Numbered from the whole stretch's first letter, positions 48,627-62,131 are shown. The stretch is 63,563 nucleotides of DNA, filler included, from Folioceros fuciformis (GCA_049999805.1; 31 parts of 31 records of this genome joined end to end with filler, not necessarily neighbours in it), one strand, 5' to 3'. Numbers and translations are program-made. The notes: a model not told the origin generated them from the letters alone.

Positions 48627-50544
48627 AGTAGCATCGTCAGGATGAACACCGGCAGCTAACATCTCCTCAAAACGAGCTAGCGCCTTGCGACCTTCATCAC
48701 AAGCACCATACCCAGCAATCAGGGCATTCCATGTAACCACATTCTTTGTGCTCATGCTGTCAAAAACCTGGCGTGCATCTTCCAGCTTACCACATTTTGC
48801 ATACATGTCCACCAGGCAGGTTCCCACCACTACATCATCCAGCACACCTCTGTTGACAATCTGTGAGTGCAGTTCCCTGCCCTTCTGCAAGGCACCAGTC
48901 ATTCCACACGCCTTCAGAAGGCAGGCAAAAGTAACACAGTCAGCCAAAACGAGCCCTGCCTCCTCCATCTGTCCATACACAACAAGCGCCTCTTGGCCGA
49001 GTCCTTGCTGTGCATACCCAGCAATCATGGCTGTCCATGTCACCACATCCTTCGAGGCCATGCCGTCGAAAACCTGACGTGCATCTTCCACCTCACCACA
49101 TTTCGCATACATGTCCACCAGGCAGGTTCCCACCACTACATTATCCAGCAGTTCTCTTTCGACAATCTGTGAGTGAAGGTCCCTGCCCTTCTGCAAGGCA
49201 CCAGTGCTCGCACACGCCTTCAGAATGCAAGCAAAAGTAACATCATCAGCCAAAACGACGCCCGCCTCCTCCATCTGTCCATACACAACAAGGGCCTGTT
49301 GGCGGAGTCCTTGCTGCGCAAACCCAGCAATCAGGGCATTCCATGTCACCACATCCTTCGACACCATCCTGTCAAAAACCTGGCGTGCATACTCCACCTC
49401 ACCACATTTTGCATACATGTCCACCAGGCAGGTTCCCACCACTACATTATCCAGCAGATCTCTTTCGACAATCTGTGAGTGCAGCTTCCTGCCCTTCTGC
49501 AAGGCACCAGTGCTTCCACACGCCTTCAGAAGGCAAGCAAAAGTAACCGTGTCAGCCAGAACGAGGCCTGCCTCCTCCATCTGTCCATAGACAACAAGCG
49601 CCTCTTGGCCCAGTCCTTGCTGTGCATACCCAGCAATCAGGGCCGTCCATGTCACCACATCCTTCGAGGCCATGCTGTCAAAGACCTGGCGTGCATCTTT
49701 CACCTCACCACATTTTGCATACATGTCCACCAGGCAGGTTCCCACCACTACATCATCCAGCAGACCCCTGTGAACAATGTGTGAGTGAAGCTCCCTGCCC
49801 TTCTGCAAGGCACCAGTGCTTCCACACGCCTTCAGAAGGCAAGCAAAAGTAACACGGTCAGCCAAAACGAGGCCCGCCTCCTCCATTTCTGCATATACAA
49901 CAAGCGCCTCTTGGCCGCGTCCTTGCTGTGCATACCCAGCGATCAGGGCCGTCCATGTCACCACATCCTTCGTGTCCATCCTGTCAAAAACCTGGCGTGC
50001 ATATTCCAGCTCACCACATTTTGCATACATGTCCACCAGGCAGTTTCCTACCAGTACATCATCCAGCAGACCTCTGTGGACAATCTGTGAGTGAAGCTCC
50101 CTGCCCTTCTGCAAGGCACCACTGCTTGCACACGCCTTCAGAAGGCAGGCAAAAGTAACACGGTCAGCCACCACCAGCCCCGCCTCCTCCATTTCTCCAT
50201 ACACAACATGTGCCTGTTGGCAAAGTCCTTGCTGTGCATACCCAGCGATCAAGGCATTCCATGTCACCACATCCTTCGTGTTCATGCTATCAAAAACCTG
50301 GCGTGCATCTTTCATTCGGCCACACTTTGCATACATGCCCACCAAGCAGTTGTTAACAAACAAGTCAGTACGGAAGCCACTGCGCAACACGTCGCGGTGC
50401 ACTGTTCTGCCAGATTCTAAGTCGGCACCATATGCACAAGCTTGAAGGGCGGCTACAAACACATAACCATTCGCCTTCACTTCTGACCTACGCATTTCAT
50501 GGTACAGTTGTATGGCCTCCTTCGGCTTCCCGTGCTTAGCATGT
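48627..50544 (-). CDS. PLS-class PPR protein, internal portion (partial at both ends)
   Basis: Stop-free across the contig; five 102-aa P(36)-L(35)-S(31) triplets (VVTW[N/T]ALIAGYAQQG / VTFACLLKAC / CLVDMYAKCG) followed by a P2-like motif. Confidence 0.97.
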
Positions 50545-51249
50545 NNNNNNNNNNNNNNNNNNNNNNNNNNNNNNNNNNNNNNNNNNNNTTAATTAATTAA
50601 NNNNNNNNNNNNNNNNNNNNNNNNNNNNNNNNNNNNNNNNNNNNCTGTCGTGAAATTGTGGCAAAAATGGACTTATAGTAGAGCATCATGGTGAACGTGA
50701 TAGTTTAGTGGAATTCAGTTGATTAGATAATAGGTGATTAAACTAACTCAACCTAAATTAGGTAAATGGCTAAAATACTAGCCATGGCTACTTGCCCACT
50801 AGAAGCACGTGGGCTCATACAGCCCATGGAAAACTGCTTGGAGGGGCACCACACATAAAAACAAAACACAGCGAGGAAAAAGGTAGTTGTCGAAGTCGCT
50901 CATGAGAGGAACCACCGGACGACCTAAACCTTTTTTTTTGCTGTTCACTAGCCGTCTATGAAAGGAAGAGCTATGCAGATTGAGGGTGTAAGGGAGATGG
51001 TGGCATCCCGCTAGTGACTTACCAACTCTGGGCAGCCCGACGAGGGCAGTCCCCTTTTTGCAGCTTTACGACACGGAGTGAGCGATGGCGCATGTGAGCA
51101 GCCTAACATCTTAAGGCATGGACAATCTTTTTGTTCTCTTTTTCTGAGTGCACAAGACATTAGCCTTGCAGCTGATGGACTGAATTGAAGTGCTCACAAC
51201 AGCTGATACCGGGAGCACGACATTCCTGGTCCAAGAGGGTACTCCATTT

Positions 51250-52829
51250 GACATGGGCGAGCCCCAGTCATACCAGGAGGCTATTAATTCTCCAAAGAAG
51301 GACAAATGGCATGCTGCTATCGAATCTGAATATCAGTCCATTATGGATAATAAGACATGGGTGCTTGAAGACTTACCACCTGGCAGGAAGGCGGTGACTT
51401 GTAAGTGGGTATTCAAATTGAAGCGTGCTGCTGATGGAACAATTGCGAGATACAAAGCTAGGCTGGTTGCCCGAGGCTACAGCCAGGTTGAGGGACTTGA
51501 CTACCAGGAGACGTTTTCTCCAGTAGTCCGAGCTACCTCCATTCGCACCTTGTTAGCAATAGCTGCCCAGCATGATTACCTATTGCAACACATGGATGTT
51601 AAAACAGCCTTCTTAAATGGCGACTTGGAGGAGACTATATACATGCGCCAACCAGAAGGGTATGTCGATCCCAAGCATCCAAACAAGGTATGCAGATTAA
51701 TCAAAACTCTGTATGGGTTAAAGCAATCACCACGTGAGTGGTATAAGAGAATTGACACATATCTGAAAAAGTGTGGTTTTGTCCAAAGTAGTGCTGATTC
51801 AAATGTTTACAAACTTCATGATAAAAATGGTGTTGCCTATCTAGCCTTGTATGTAGACGATGCAGTCATAATTGCTAGCAACCCGGCACAAATGAACAAG
51901 GTGAAAGGAATCCTTTCATCTGAGTTCTCCATGACTGACTTAGGTCAACTAACCTGGTTCTTAGGAATCCAGATCAAGCAGAATCTGGGTAATCACACCA
52001 TCTTTATCCACCAGGCACAATTTGTTGTTCAGGTCCTTGCACGTTTTAGATTACAGAATGCAACACCTGCTACAACACCCATGGCAACAGGAGAGAAACT
52101 TACATTAGAACAGTGTCCAAAAACTGAGCAAGAGCGGCTGGAAATGGCAAAAGTCCCCTATAGGCCGGCAGTGGGAGTGCTTATTTATTTCAGGAACTGG
52201 ACTCGGCCCGAGTTATCACATGCTGTAGGAGTAACCTCCCAGTTCCTCTCCAACTACGGCTCGGCACACTGGCATGCTGTTCAGAGATGCATGCGCTACC
52301 TTGGTGGCACACCCAGACTTGGTCTTTTGTACAAGCAGCGACCAAGTAATTTGCTACTGACCTGCTATTGTGATGCGGATTGGGCAGCCGACTCTGACAG
52401 TCGCCGTTCTATTTCTGCACACTGCTTAATGCTCGGACAGGATGAGCATGAAGCTACAATTATTTCATGGCATAGTAAAAAGCAGCCAGTAGTGGCTCTG
52501 TCCTCAACGGAGGCAGAGTACATCTCTGCAACAACGGCATCCCAAGATATTATACATGGCAGAGAATTATTAGCCTCACTTGGCGAAGCTCAGCAGGCTC
52601 CAACACTTCTTCTGAGTGACAACCAATCTGCCATAGCTCTTGCCCAGAACCCGGTTATGCATGCCCGGACAAAACACATCGAAATCAAGCATCATTTTAT
52701 CCGACAAGTAATTTATGATGGGCATGCTAATCTGCAGTTTGTCTCAACTCACAACAACATTGCAGACCTGCTCACAAAGGCACTTCCCAGAGACAAGCAT
52801 GAGAAGTTTGCATCTGCAATGGGGTTAGT
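51250..52829 (+). CDS. Stop-free copia RT-RNase H
   Basis: Within ORF 51190-52878: [40 protein letters not shown]. Confidence 0.95.
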
Positions 52830-53547
52830 TGTGGAGACAAAACCCCGGGCACTGATTGCCGAAGGGTTCCACCTTTAGTGGCCACACTTATCCCACTGTT
52901 GTTGAGACATTGGGTTTCGTTCCCACGAAGGAGCGATGGGGTTCCTTGCTGCTGTGGATGGAGGGTCGGACTTGATCGACTCGATGACGGATTCGAGGGC
53001 TCCCCTCCAGCTCCGATCAGGCGTAGGACAGGTCTCGCTGTCCGGCGGTCAGCTGCACCTCTCTCGGTGCCCACAAACTCACTCCAGTCACTACAACGAC
53101 TCTAACATCTCAGATCTGCGACTTCTCTCACACACTTCACTCACTCTCTCACTCTAGCACCAACACCAGCAACTACCAGCAACCAGCAACGACACGACTA
53201 CCTTCTACACTTCCCTACTGACTCCTCCTACCCAGCAAGAGTCACGAGACTAACTCCAAACAAAAGGACGAAGGGAACACACTCCCCTCTTGGGTATCTC
53301 CTCCCCACAACCTTACTAGACGCCATGAGACATGGCCGGCCTACAACAATTGACCAAGCAAGGAACAAGAGTGGACAGGTTGAGAGAAAGACACACCCTT
53401 TACAATCAAGAGCTAGGGGCAAGCCCCTACACCCTGGTCATTACACCTTGTGATCCTACCAGACACTATACAACCGGCAACACGCTGCACGCGATCCTAC
53501 CAGACACTGTACAGCCGGCAACACGCTGCCTGCGATCCTACCAGACA
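52830..53547. mobile_element. LTR family A (reverse orientation) inserted at the end of copia RNase H
   Basis: Starts TGTGGAGACAAAACCCC; contains 41-bp repeats from 53452. Confidence 0.88.
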
Positions 53548-53647
53548 NNNNNNNNNNNNNNNNNNNNNNNNNNNNNNNNNNNNNNNNNNNNTTAATTAAT
53601 TAANNNNNNNNNNNNNNNNNNNNNNNNNNNNNNNNNNNNNNNNNNNN

Positions 53648-53740
53648 CCTTGCCAACTACTCTCAATGTGACCTCCTTTTCTCCTCTCCTCTCTGCCTCC
53701 TCTTCTCCTCTCCTCCACCATGCTCCTCTAGTGGTCCTAC
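53648..53740 (+). mobile_element. LTR family B-like 3' end
   Basis: Similar to 6290-6367; ends CCTACA with no PBS. Confidence 0.6.
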
Positions 53741-55355
53741 AATAGCTGTAGGTGATGTGTTATCATCTGCTCCATGCCAATGGTTGTTGTTAAGATTTAG
53801 CTTGTAGTTCATGGGGCCACGTGCAGGCCAATATGGGGAATAGCAGAGGACAAGCGCAAAACCAAATTGCAACAAGCAGAGGAGGGCACCAAGTGCGAAG
53901 ACCTGTGACAATTAGAGCAAGAAATAATGACCCCATGATTGCAGGGAACAGTGGTCTAGCCCTGAACACGAATGCAACAGAGACGGTGAGTGTCATAGAG
54001 GTTTAGTTGGATATGGTTGCTTTCCTACATTCACAATTTGGTAGCAACCCTAAGCATTTTGTCATTTGCCACACAATGGCAAGTGGGGCCCTCGATGAAG
54101 CCTCGTGGAAGACCAAGAAAGCTAAACTCCATGTTTGTGAATGACGGCAATGTTGCCAAAAGACTAAGACTAAGACCAAGACCATGATTGTGGAAACAAA
54201 TGGGGTTGATGGAGACCAGCCTGAGGTCAAGTCCATACTGGCTGGACTCCAAAAACGTTGTAAATGGGCAAGGGACTAGGACTCAATCTATGCATTGAGG
54301 CCTTTTGAGCACAATGTAAAATCAAGGAGCACAAATACCACTTATCTGTCCAGAATTATGGTGTACGTGCCCAACCTCGGAAATAAAGCAGAGAGTTTGG
54401 AAGTGGGCCGTGAGGCAACACTACTACCAAATAGCGTGGGCGATGTTTGGGCAGGAAATGAAAAAGGAATTTGAAATGGAGTCTTTGGGCGGCCACTGAC
54501 CATGTGGTCCACGTTGACTGAGATCCTCTACGCTCGAACACCACACGTCATTCTTGAGTACAACATGGGCACATACGGCAAGGACACTGCTAGCATCTGC
54601 AGTTTGAACTCGCGGGGAACCTCACTTTCACCTTAGGCACGACAACTAAATGGCGGCACCCTAAACCATGGTTGAACACATCTTGAGGTGCAAACCGGTC
54701 ACCGCTTTTCTAAGTAGGCGTATTGATAGTCTTCTTCATTACGATTTTTTAACTACAATTGAGTAACGAATACCATCCTCGAACTTAACGTTATATGAAT
54801 GCAAAACACGTAGTATAGGTGTATTTAACTCTATAATATTTCCTTATGCATTCTAGTAGTGTTGGGTGCCTCGCTGCTCTCCCCAACATCACTCCTTAGA
54901 GGGGTGTGTGGTATCTTTTCTTTCATAATAAAGTCTTAATTTTTAGATTTATTATTTTACTATAATTTAGTATATAATGTTGTTTGAAATAGTTCGGGTT
55001 TGTCCACAAAAATGGGGTTTTACTCTAAAACCAAATGGTAAATGGTCATTTTCATGATTGTACTTGGTTTTCAAAGGTCTTGTAGGTCATAGAAAGAGGA
55101 GAACATACACTCTTCACAATGCAATCACACCATGAACGATAAGACAAGACACACGAATGTATTATATTTTTATCCACATATGATTTTGAATGTCCTTTAA
55201 TACTCTTTGTGAAAGAGGAGAATATACACTCTTCAAAATGCAATCACACCATGAANNNNNNNNNNNNNNNNNNNNNNNNNNNNNNNNNNNNNNNNNNNNT
55301 TAATTAATTAANNNNNNNNNNNNNNNNNNNNNNNNNNNNNNNNNNNNNNNNNNNN

Positions 55356-56040
55356 TCTCTTCTCTCCTCTCCTCTCCTACACTTGCACGTAGATTGGAGT
55401 CGATTCTATTGACAGGAAAGGGTTCATGCTCCGGAACTTGCCCTAACTCGCCCGCCACCTCAGCCGGGTCCGCTTCCACTTTTGGCACCTTCTCCTGAGG
55501 TGCCTCCGACTCCTTTTCAGTTGGCTCTAGGACGACCTCCTGTTGCGCCGACTCACCCATTTTCTTGGTGACCCGCCCTCCAGTCTTCCTTCTCTCGGCA
55601 GGAGTCCTTCGGCCTATTCCCACCTTCCTCTTCCTGCTGGTGGGGGTTTCCTTTCTGAGCTCTTTGTGGCCCCCGACTCCCAACTGCTGGAGTCAACTTC
55701 ATCCTTTGGGTCCTCTGGCTTCCACTTTACCTCTCTGACCAACTTCCACACGTGCAACGAGGCAATGACTTCAAGTTCAAGCAGGTTGTTAGTATGACAA
55801 TACAAATGAATGAGGAACGGAGAGATCATGGACGGTCGGGGAGAGGGGGAGGCCAGGTTTCGCCTCTCCTCACTCAGCCTCTCATACAAAATCCTTCCCC
55901 AATCGACCCGACTGCCCTTGACCACCTCGTGCAAAAACAACATTTGGTCAGAGAGACAGTCCTGCTTCCGATTCTGCAGGAAGCACAGGAGCCACCTTGC
56001 CAACCCCATCAGCTGGGCAGTTGCCATTTCTCTGTGTCAT
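55356..56040 (-). pseudogene. Accessory ORF N-terminal part (family of 39090-40174 and 56522-57637)
   Basis: GLARWLLCFLQNRKQDCLSDQMLFLHEVVKGSRVDWGRILYERL...SMISPFLIHLY; the first 47 nt equal 40409-40455. Confidence 0.7.
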
Positions 56041-56521
56041 GAAGGTGACCGCCAATTAGCAGAACTTAGGGTACACTAGCAAGGCATCATGGAAGGAGCA
56101 GTGCTGATGTAAGAGCGTGAAGCCAACTCAGCTGGACGCTGGATCGTGAAGATGGTTGGTGCTAGGCAAAAGGGGCAGCTAGGGTAGAAGTCGGTAGTTG
56201 TTGAAGTTGCACCGTGCAGCGCTGTAACTTGTGGAAGGCAGCTCAAACTATGTTTTTATGTTCTCTAGAATTGGGACGTAGGATGAAGAACGTTTTCAAT
56301 GCCTTGGATTCTAGTGTTGCAGTTCATGGCGTAACTTACTGACTCACCCTCAAACTTTGTTTTTGTGTTCTATGGAATTGGGAGCTAGGATGAAGAACGT
56401 TTTTAGTGCCTTTGATTCCAGNNNNNNNNNNNNNNNNNNNNNNNNNNNNNNNNNNNNNNNNNNNNTTAATTAATTAANNNNNNNNNNNNNNNNNNNNNNN
56501 NNNNNNNNNNNNNNNNNNNNN

Positions 56522-57637
56522 CTCTTCCTCAGCTTGAGCCTTCTCCCTGTCCAGGACCCGCTGCTTCTCCTCCAGCAGTTACCGCGCCATCTCTGACTCC
56601 GCCAGTTGCTTCCTTGCTTCAGCCTCTCGCTCACGAGCCTTCTCCTCCTTTCCCCAAGCCTCGGCCTCTCGCTCCGCTTGTACACTTAACCAGGTCAGGG
56701 CCCTAGCAGCCTGATCCAAGAGGTCTGCTTGGGCCTGTACCATCGCAGCAGTCAGCCCGGGTAGGTCCACCTCCTGCACCCCTCCGGTGCCCATTCCTCT
56801 CGCCGTGATTTGTCTGCCCAGGAATTCTCGCAACTTGTCCAGGTCCCCCACCTGCAACCTGTCTCTCTGAGGCCTGCACCTGAAAATGTCCTTCCACCTT
56901 GAGGAACCCTCATGTGCTGAAGCGTGCCCTAACTTATCCTCCTGTCTTGAGGAAATTGTGTCGGCTGCCATCACCTGATCCGGTGGCTCCTCGGGTCTTG
57001 TCCCACCATGACCTTGCTCCTCCAACCTTCGGTTCTTGATTCCCTGGACAGTTGGTTCTCGCTCTGCCTCCTGCTGACCTGTCTGCTCCAGGGCTGTCCC
57101 CCCTTCCTCCTGATCAGCTCCCATGCTCACACTTTGTCCTCTGATCCTTTTCCTCCTGGCAGGAACCTTCTTTTGTGGGGCCACCCTCTTCCTGGGCTTG
57201 ACTGGGGTTTCCTCCTGCGAGCTATTCCCACTGTCAGCTTCCCAACTGCTGGAGGCAGCCCTTGCTGGCTCAGCGGGCTTCCACTTCACATCACGAACTG
57301 GCTTCTACAGGTGTAGCGAGGCCAGCCTTTCTAGCTCAGTAACCAGGTTAGCGTGACTGTACACGTGGATTAGAAACGGGGAAATCATAGAAGGTTCAGG
57401 GGTGGGTTGGATCAGGTTCTGCCTCTCCTCATCCATCCGGGTGTATAAAATCCTTCCCTAGTCGATCCTGGTGCCCTTCACTACTTCATGCGCAAACAGG
57501 AGCATCTGATCGGACAGATAATCGTGTTTGCGTACCTGGAAGAAGCTTAGGAACCACCTGGCCAAGCCCAACAGCCGGGGACTTGCCATGTCGCGCACCA
57601 GCCACCCATTCGCTTCCTTTCTCGTGCCTGCCTTGAG
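56522..57637 (-). pseudogene. Accessory ORF paralog
   Basis: NGWLVRDMASPRLLGLARWFL...SMISPFLIHVY...VKWKP...VDLPGLT, followed by a coiled-coil-like stretch. Confidence 0.7.
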
Positions 57638-58452
57638 NNNNNNNNNNNNNNNNNNNNNNNNNNNNNNNNNNNNNNNNNNNNTTAATTAATTAANNNNNNN
57701 NNNNNNNNNNNNNNNNNNNNNNNNNNNNNNNNNNNNNCACTCCCTCATTACACCAGCACCCGCAGACACAACATAAGGGACGGGAAACCGCAAGGCTTCA
57801 ACCAAAATCGCATGAAGGCGGTGCACTAGCACGAGACATTCACAGCGCAATGCCACCAAGAGCGAGAAGCCGTGGAGCCCCGCGCCAAGGAGTTTCTGGA
57901 GACGAGGCGCCCAACACCCATCCACCAGTAGCTTCGTCACCGCCCGCTTCAACAGATCACTAGCTACTGACATGCCATGCTCAAGCTCTCCAGGGTTTGC
58001 GAGTGAGATGGAGTGGGCCATTTGGGGTTATGCAGCATACAATTGTAGACGAGGAGGGATCTAGTTCGCACCTTGTTGCCAGTGTCACCACACTCGATTC
58101 CACTGCCCACTTAGAAGGTGAGGAGGAGGAGGAGGTGAACACATACACAAGGTATGTATCTCGACGTCTGGCCCAGAGCTCAAGCCGTAGTGGTGTCAAC
58201 TCCCAGTTGCGGGTAGCCGTCACCAACGCGGTAGCAGCAACTAATCTTCTCGAAGCCGAGAGTGTTGAAGAAGATGATCAGCAGTCCACAGTCGAGGAAG
58301 ATGTACCTGCTCAAGCAACCCCACGAATCCCATACAGAAGACAAAGATGTTGGGTCTATGTTTTTGGTAATCAGTTTGTGACAGTAAGTAGAAGACACTA
58401 GATGACCTATAGAATAGGGAAGAGACCAGACATCACCCAGACAAGTTATTTA

Positions 58453-58958
58453 TCATGGATATGTAATTTCTTGTAACCCTAAGGCTGCAACATGTTGAAA
58501 ATGACGACTTCTCAACAACCCTTTTGTAAGAATGTCTACAGTGTTGTCATTTGTGTTCACATACTCCACCCTAACAGTTCCACGTTCTGCAGCATCTCGT
58601 ATATAGTGATGATATAACTCAATAGGCTTGGTACATGCATGAAAGCGTGGATTGGAGACAAGGGGTATTGCACTCATGTTGTCACATAACAATATGGTAG
58701 GACCCTCTTGCTTCTGCTGAATTGATTTGAGAAACTATCTTTCCCACTCAGCTTCCTTGCATGCGTTTGTAAGTGCTTTATATTTGGCTTCAGTTGATGA
58801 GAGAGCAAGAGAGGTCTATTTCTTACAGCTCCAACTCACCACAGCAGAAGATAGTAGGAAACAGTAGACTTCTCTAAGAATCTGCATCCGAGGCCCAATC
58901 AGCATATGCAAAGGAGTTAAGTACCAAACTCTTACTGCCACTTGCTGAATACTATAGG
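58453..58958 (-). mobile_element. Copia RNase H, decayed
   Basis: VSWSCKK, LCDNMSAI, NTVDILTKGL. Confidence 0.88.
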
Positions 58959-59794
58959 TGTGGAGGCAAAACCCCGGGCACTGATTGCCAACGGGTTCCA
59001 CCTTTAGTGGCCACACTTATCCCACTATCGTTGAGACATTGGGTTTCGTTCCCACAAAGGAGCGATGGGGTTCCTTGTTGCTGTGGATGGAGGGTCGGAC
59101 TTGATCGACTCGATGATGGATTCGAGGGCTCCCCTCCAGCTCCGATCAGGCGTAGGACAGGCCTCGCTGTCCGGCGGTCAGCTGCACCTCTCTCGGTGCC
59201 CACAAACTCACTCCAGTCACTACAACGACCCTAACCTCTTAGATCTACAACTTCCCTCACTCACTTCACTCACTCTCTTACTCCAGCACCAACACCAGCA
59301 ACTAACAATGACACCACTACCTTCTACACTTCCCTACTGACTCCTCCTACCCGGCAAGAGTCACTAGACTAACCCCAAAGAAAAGAAAGAAGGGAACACA
59401 CTCCCCTCTTGGATATCTTCCCCCCACAACCTTACCAGACGCCATGAGACATGGCCGGCCTACAGCACTTGTCCAAGCAAGGAACAAGAGTGGACAGGTC
59501 GAGAGAAAGACACATCCTTTACAATCAAGAGCTAGGGGCAAGCCCCCACACCCTGGTCATTACACCTTGTGATCCTACCAGACACTATACAACCGGCAAC
59601 ACGCTGCCTGCGATCCTACCAGACACTGTACAGCCGGCAACACGCTGCCTGCGATCCTACCAGACACTGTACAGCCGGCAACACGCGGCTTGTGATCCTA
59701 CCAGACGTTGCACAGCCGGCAACACACTGCAAGTCCTAAACCAAGCAGGGACAGACCACAAGAGCTCATGAAGAGAGGACCTCCAAGAGCTCAC
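58959..59794. mobile_element. LTR family A (reverse orientation)
   Basis: Starts TGTGGAGGCAAAACCCC. Confidence 0.88.
59571..59734. repeat. 41-bp tandem repeat x4 within family A
   Basis: GATCCTACCAGAC starts at 59571, 59612, 59653 and 59694. Confidence 0.92.
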
Positions 59795-59894
59795 NNNNNN
59801 NNNNNNNNNNNNNNNNNNNNNNNNNNNNNNNNNNNNNNTTAATTAATTAANNNNNNNNNNNNNNNNNNNNNNNNNNNNNNNNNNNNNNNNNNNN

Positions 59895-61387
59895 CCTGGC
59901 CTGCGCCCGCGTAGAGCACGCCTTCCTCAACTGCCTGGCCTGCGCCCGCGCCGCGCGCGCCTGGAGATCCCGCCGGGCCCATGGCGGTTATGGGTGCGCC
60001 CGCGCCTGCACACATCTTGGAGCCAGCGCCTGCAGCAATCTGCATGCCCGAGACCGCGCCCTCCAAGTGCGCCGATCCAGATCCCAGCGAGGCGCCTGTG
60101 TGAGTCTGGACGCCCGCTCCTGCTTGTAGGCCTACACCCAATTGCAGCCAGGATTGGGAAGGGGTGGATCTGGGGGTCTGGAGGTGGTTACTGCGCGGAG
60201 TGGGGTCTCCGGTGGCGCTCGAGATCTGGGCTCCGGACCCGGCCGATCCCGGGTGCTGTGTGAGGCGGGAACACGGGCGCCCGTCTCCTCTTGCCTGTCG
60301 TCCGGGTTTGCGGTGCCGAGATGCGGTAGATCCTCCGGCCTTGATCCCCGACTGTTCTTCCTTCAGAACCTTCGCAATGGCTGCAGCGCGCTGGGCTTCC
60401 AGAATTTGGAGAAGGTTGCTGGAGGATCTCCAAGGTGATGGTGGGTTGGAAGCCGGGGCCTCCTGTCCGTCGGCGTAGAATCTGGGTTTGGGGGCCACCG
60501 CGGTTCTTGAATGTTTGATTGCCGGTGGGGCTCGCATGCTGCTGGAGGAGAGACAGATGCATTCATGGTTCTCATTGGACGGTACAGTCGCCTGCTAAGC
60601 ATTCTGCAATTGCTGAATGGCCTGGAGCAGGTGCCTCGACAGGGAGGCATCAGGCAAGGGATTTGTGGGAGGGGTCGCTCCTGCCCGCCTCCTCCCGCGC
60701 CGGTGGGGCTGGGCTGCTGCGCCATGGTGCAGGCGTGGGAGGCCCCGCCTTGTTGGGTATCGAGGGCGATCGGCCGTGCGTCGGTCGCCTCTGGGCACGG
60801 ATCTTCGAGCCATCTGTGAAGGGAAGAAAGCCAGGCGCCGGGGGGAGAAGAGGAGGGCGGGGGTGTTGCCTCGCCCTCCCATTTTCCTTTTTAAAAGGCC
60901 ATCCTCGCTTGTCTGTTGGTATCTGGTGATGTACCGATACCTTTTTCGGCGGCGGAGAGGAGAGGGGGCGGGTAGCAGAACTCCGCAATTAAGTGGCCGA
61001 GCCTTCGATCAGTACTCGAGTGGGGTGTCGATCCAACATGCCATTTTACTTGTTTTTTTTTTTTTTTCGTCGAAGTAAGGGGGAGTCCTGCGGGCTAGTC
61101 CTGAAGGGATCGAAGACGGAAAAAAAACAAGAGGGGGGCAGGGCGCCACGGGCCTGACCCGTGGCGCCCTTCTGGCCGCAGATCTTAGTGGAGCCTGGGC
61201 TCTGATACCGTGTAGAAAGAGCAGAAGCATGAATTAGAAAAGAATTAAGAAGTACATAGGTTGGGGGCCCTTTTATAGGGGACCCGGGCACCCCTCTGTA
61301 GGGGTGCGACTGTTCGATTAACGAGCTAGGCTAGCCTAACTCGCCTGACTACTAGCTAGGGTTATGTAACTCTTACTAAACTTAACA
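59895..61387 (-). mobile_element. Element I 5' end: 177-bp LTR (61211-61387), PBS (61199-61210), GC-rich internal region; nested in family A
   Basis: Minus strand TGTTAAG...TTCTACA|CGGTATCAGAGC; family A sequence resumes at 61388. Confidence 0.75.
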
Positions 61388-62031
61388 GGACAGGTCGAGA
61401 GAAAGACACATCCTTTACAATAAAGAGCGAGGGGCAAGCCCCTTCACCCTGGTCATTACACCTTGTGATCCTACCAGACACTGTACAACTGGCAACACGC
61501 GGCTTGCGATCCTAACAGACGTTGCACAGCCGGCAACACACTGCAGGTCCTAAACCAAACAGGGACAGACCATAGGAGCTCATGTAGAGAGTACCTCCAA
61601 GAGCTCACGAAGTGATAGACTGACTCCCAAAGTGAATGACTACCTCTTCCTACAGGCTCACCTGATCTTATAGGAGCCTCTCTCTTTCTGACTTCACCTC
61701 TCTCTAACTTGACAAATATTATTTTAATAGGACCACTAGCCTAGCCGGCTGTCACCAGCCACTTATTTAGACTTCTAGCACATCCTGCCACCAATGAGCT
61801 GGCCCTACCACCACAAGGATCTACCACCTCTTAGACTATCCTGAGACTTCGAAGGATGTCTGATCTTCCAAGATCTGCGGACGCCACCTCTTCTTTGCTG
61901 GATGGCCGCCTGCTAAGTCTTCCCTTGCAACTGTTCACCCTTGGTGGCTAAGCCAGCCTCTAGGGGAGGAGCATGAGCAATGGGAAAGATAGAGAAGAGG
62001 TGGGAAGGAGTGGGATTAGCAGCCGGAACCT
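61388..62031. mobile_element. Family A continuation
   Basis: Matches 59492-59794 and extends it; only two 41-bp units. Confidence 0.8.
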
Positions 62032-62131
62032 NNNNNNNNNNNNNNNNNNNNNNNNNNNNNNNNNNNNNNNNNNNNTTAATTAATTAANNNNNNNNNNNNN
62101 NNNNNNNNNNNNNNNNNNNNNNNNNNNNNNN

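Noticed and set aside
48685-50420. Series of repeated + strand ORFs (101 aa, 76 aa)
   Set aside because: Antisense shadows of the 306-bp PPR repeats.
57738-58401. LRVRWSGPFGV as a gypsy integrase GPF motif
   Set aside because: A single short motif with no supporting integrase sequence visible.
59005-59062. tRNA-Asp-like sequence (TAGTGG...TATCCC.CTGTC...GGGTTTCGTTCCC)
   Set aside because: No proper cloverleaf, acceptor stem or TTCRA T-loop; the resemblance may be chance.
59571-59734. 41-bp repeats as a CRISPR array
   Set aside because: Contiguous tandem units with no unique spacers, no cas genes, and a eukaryotic TE context.
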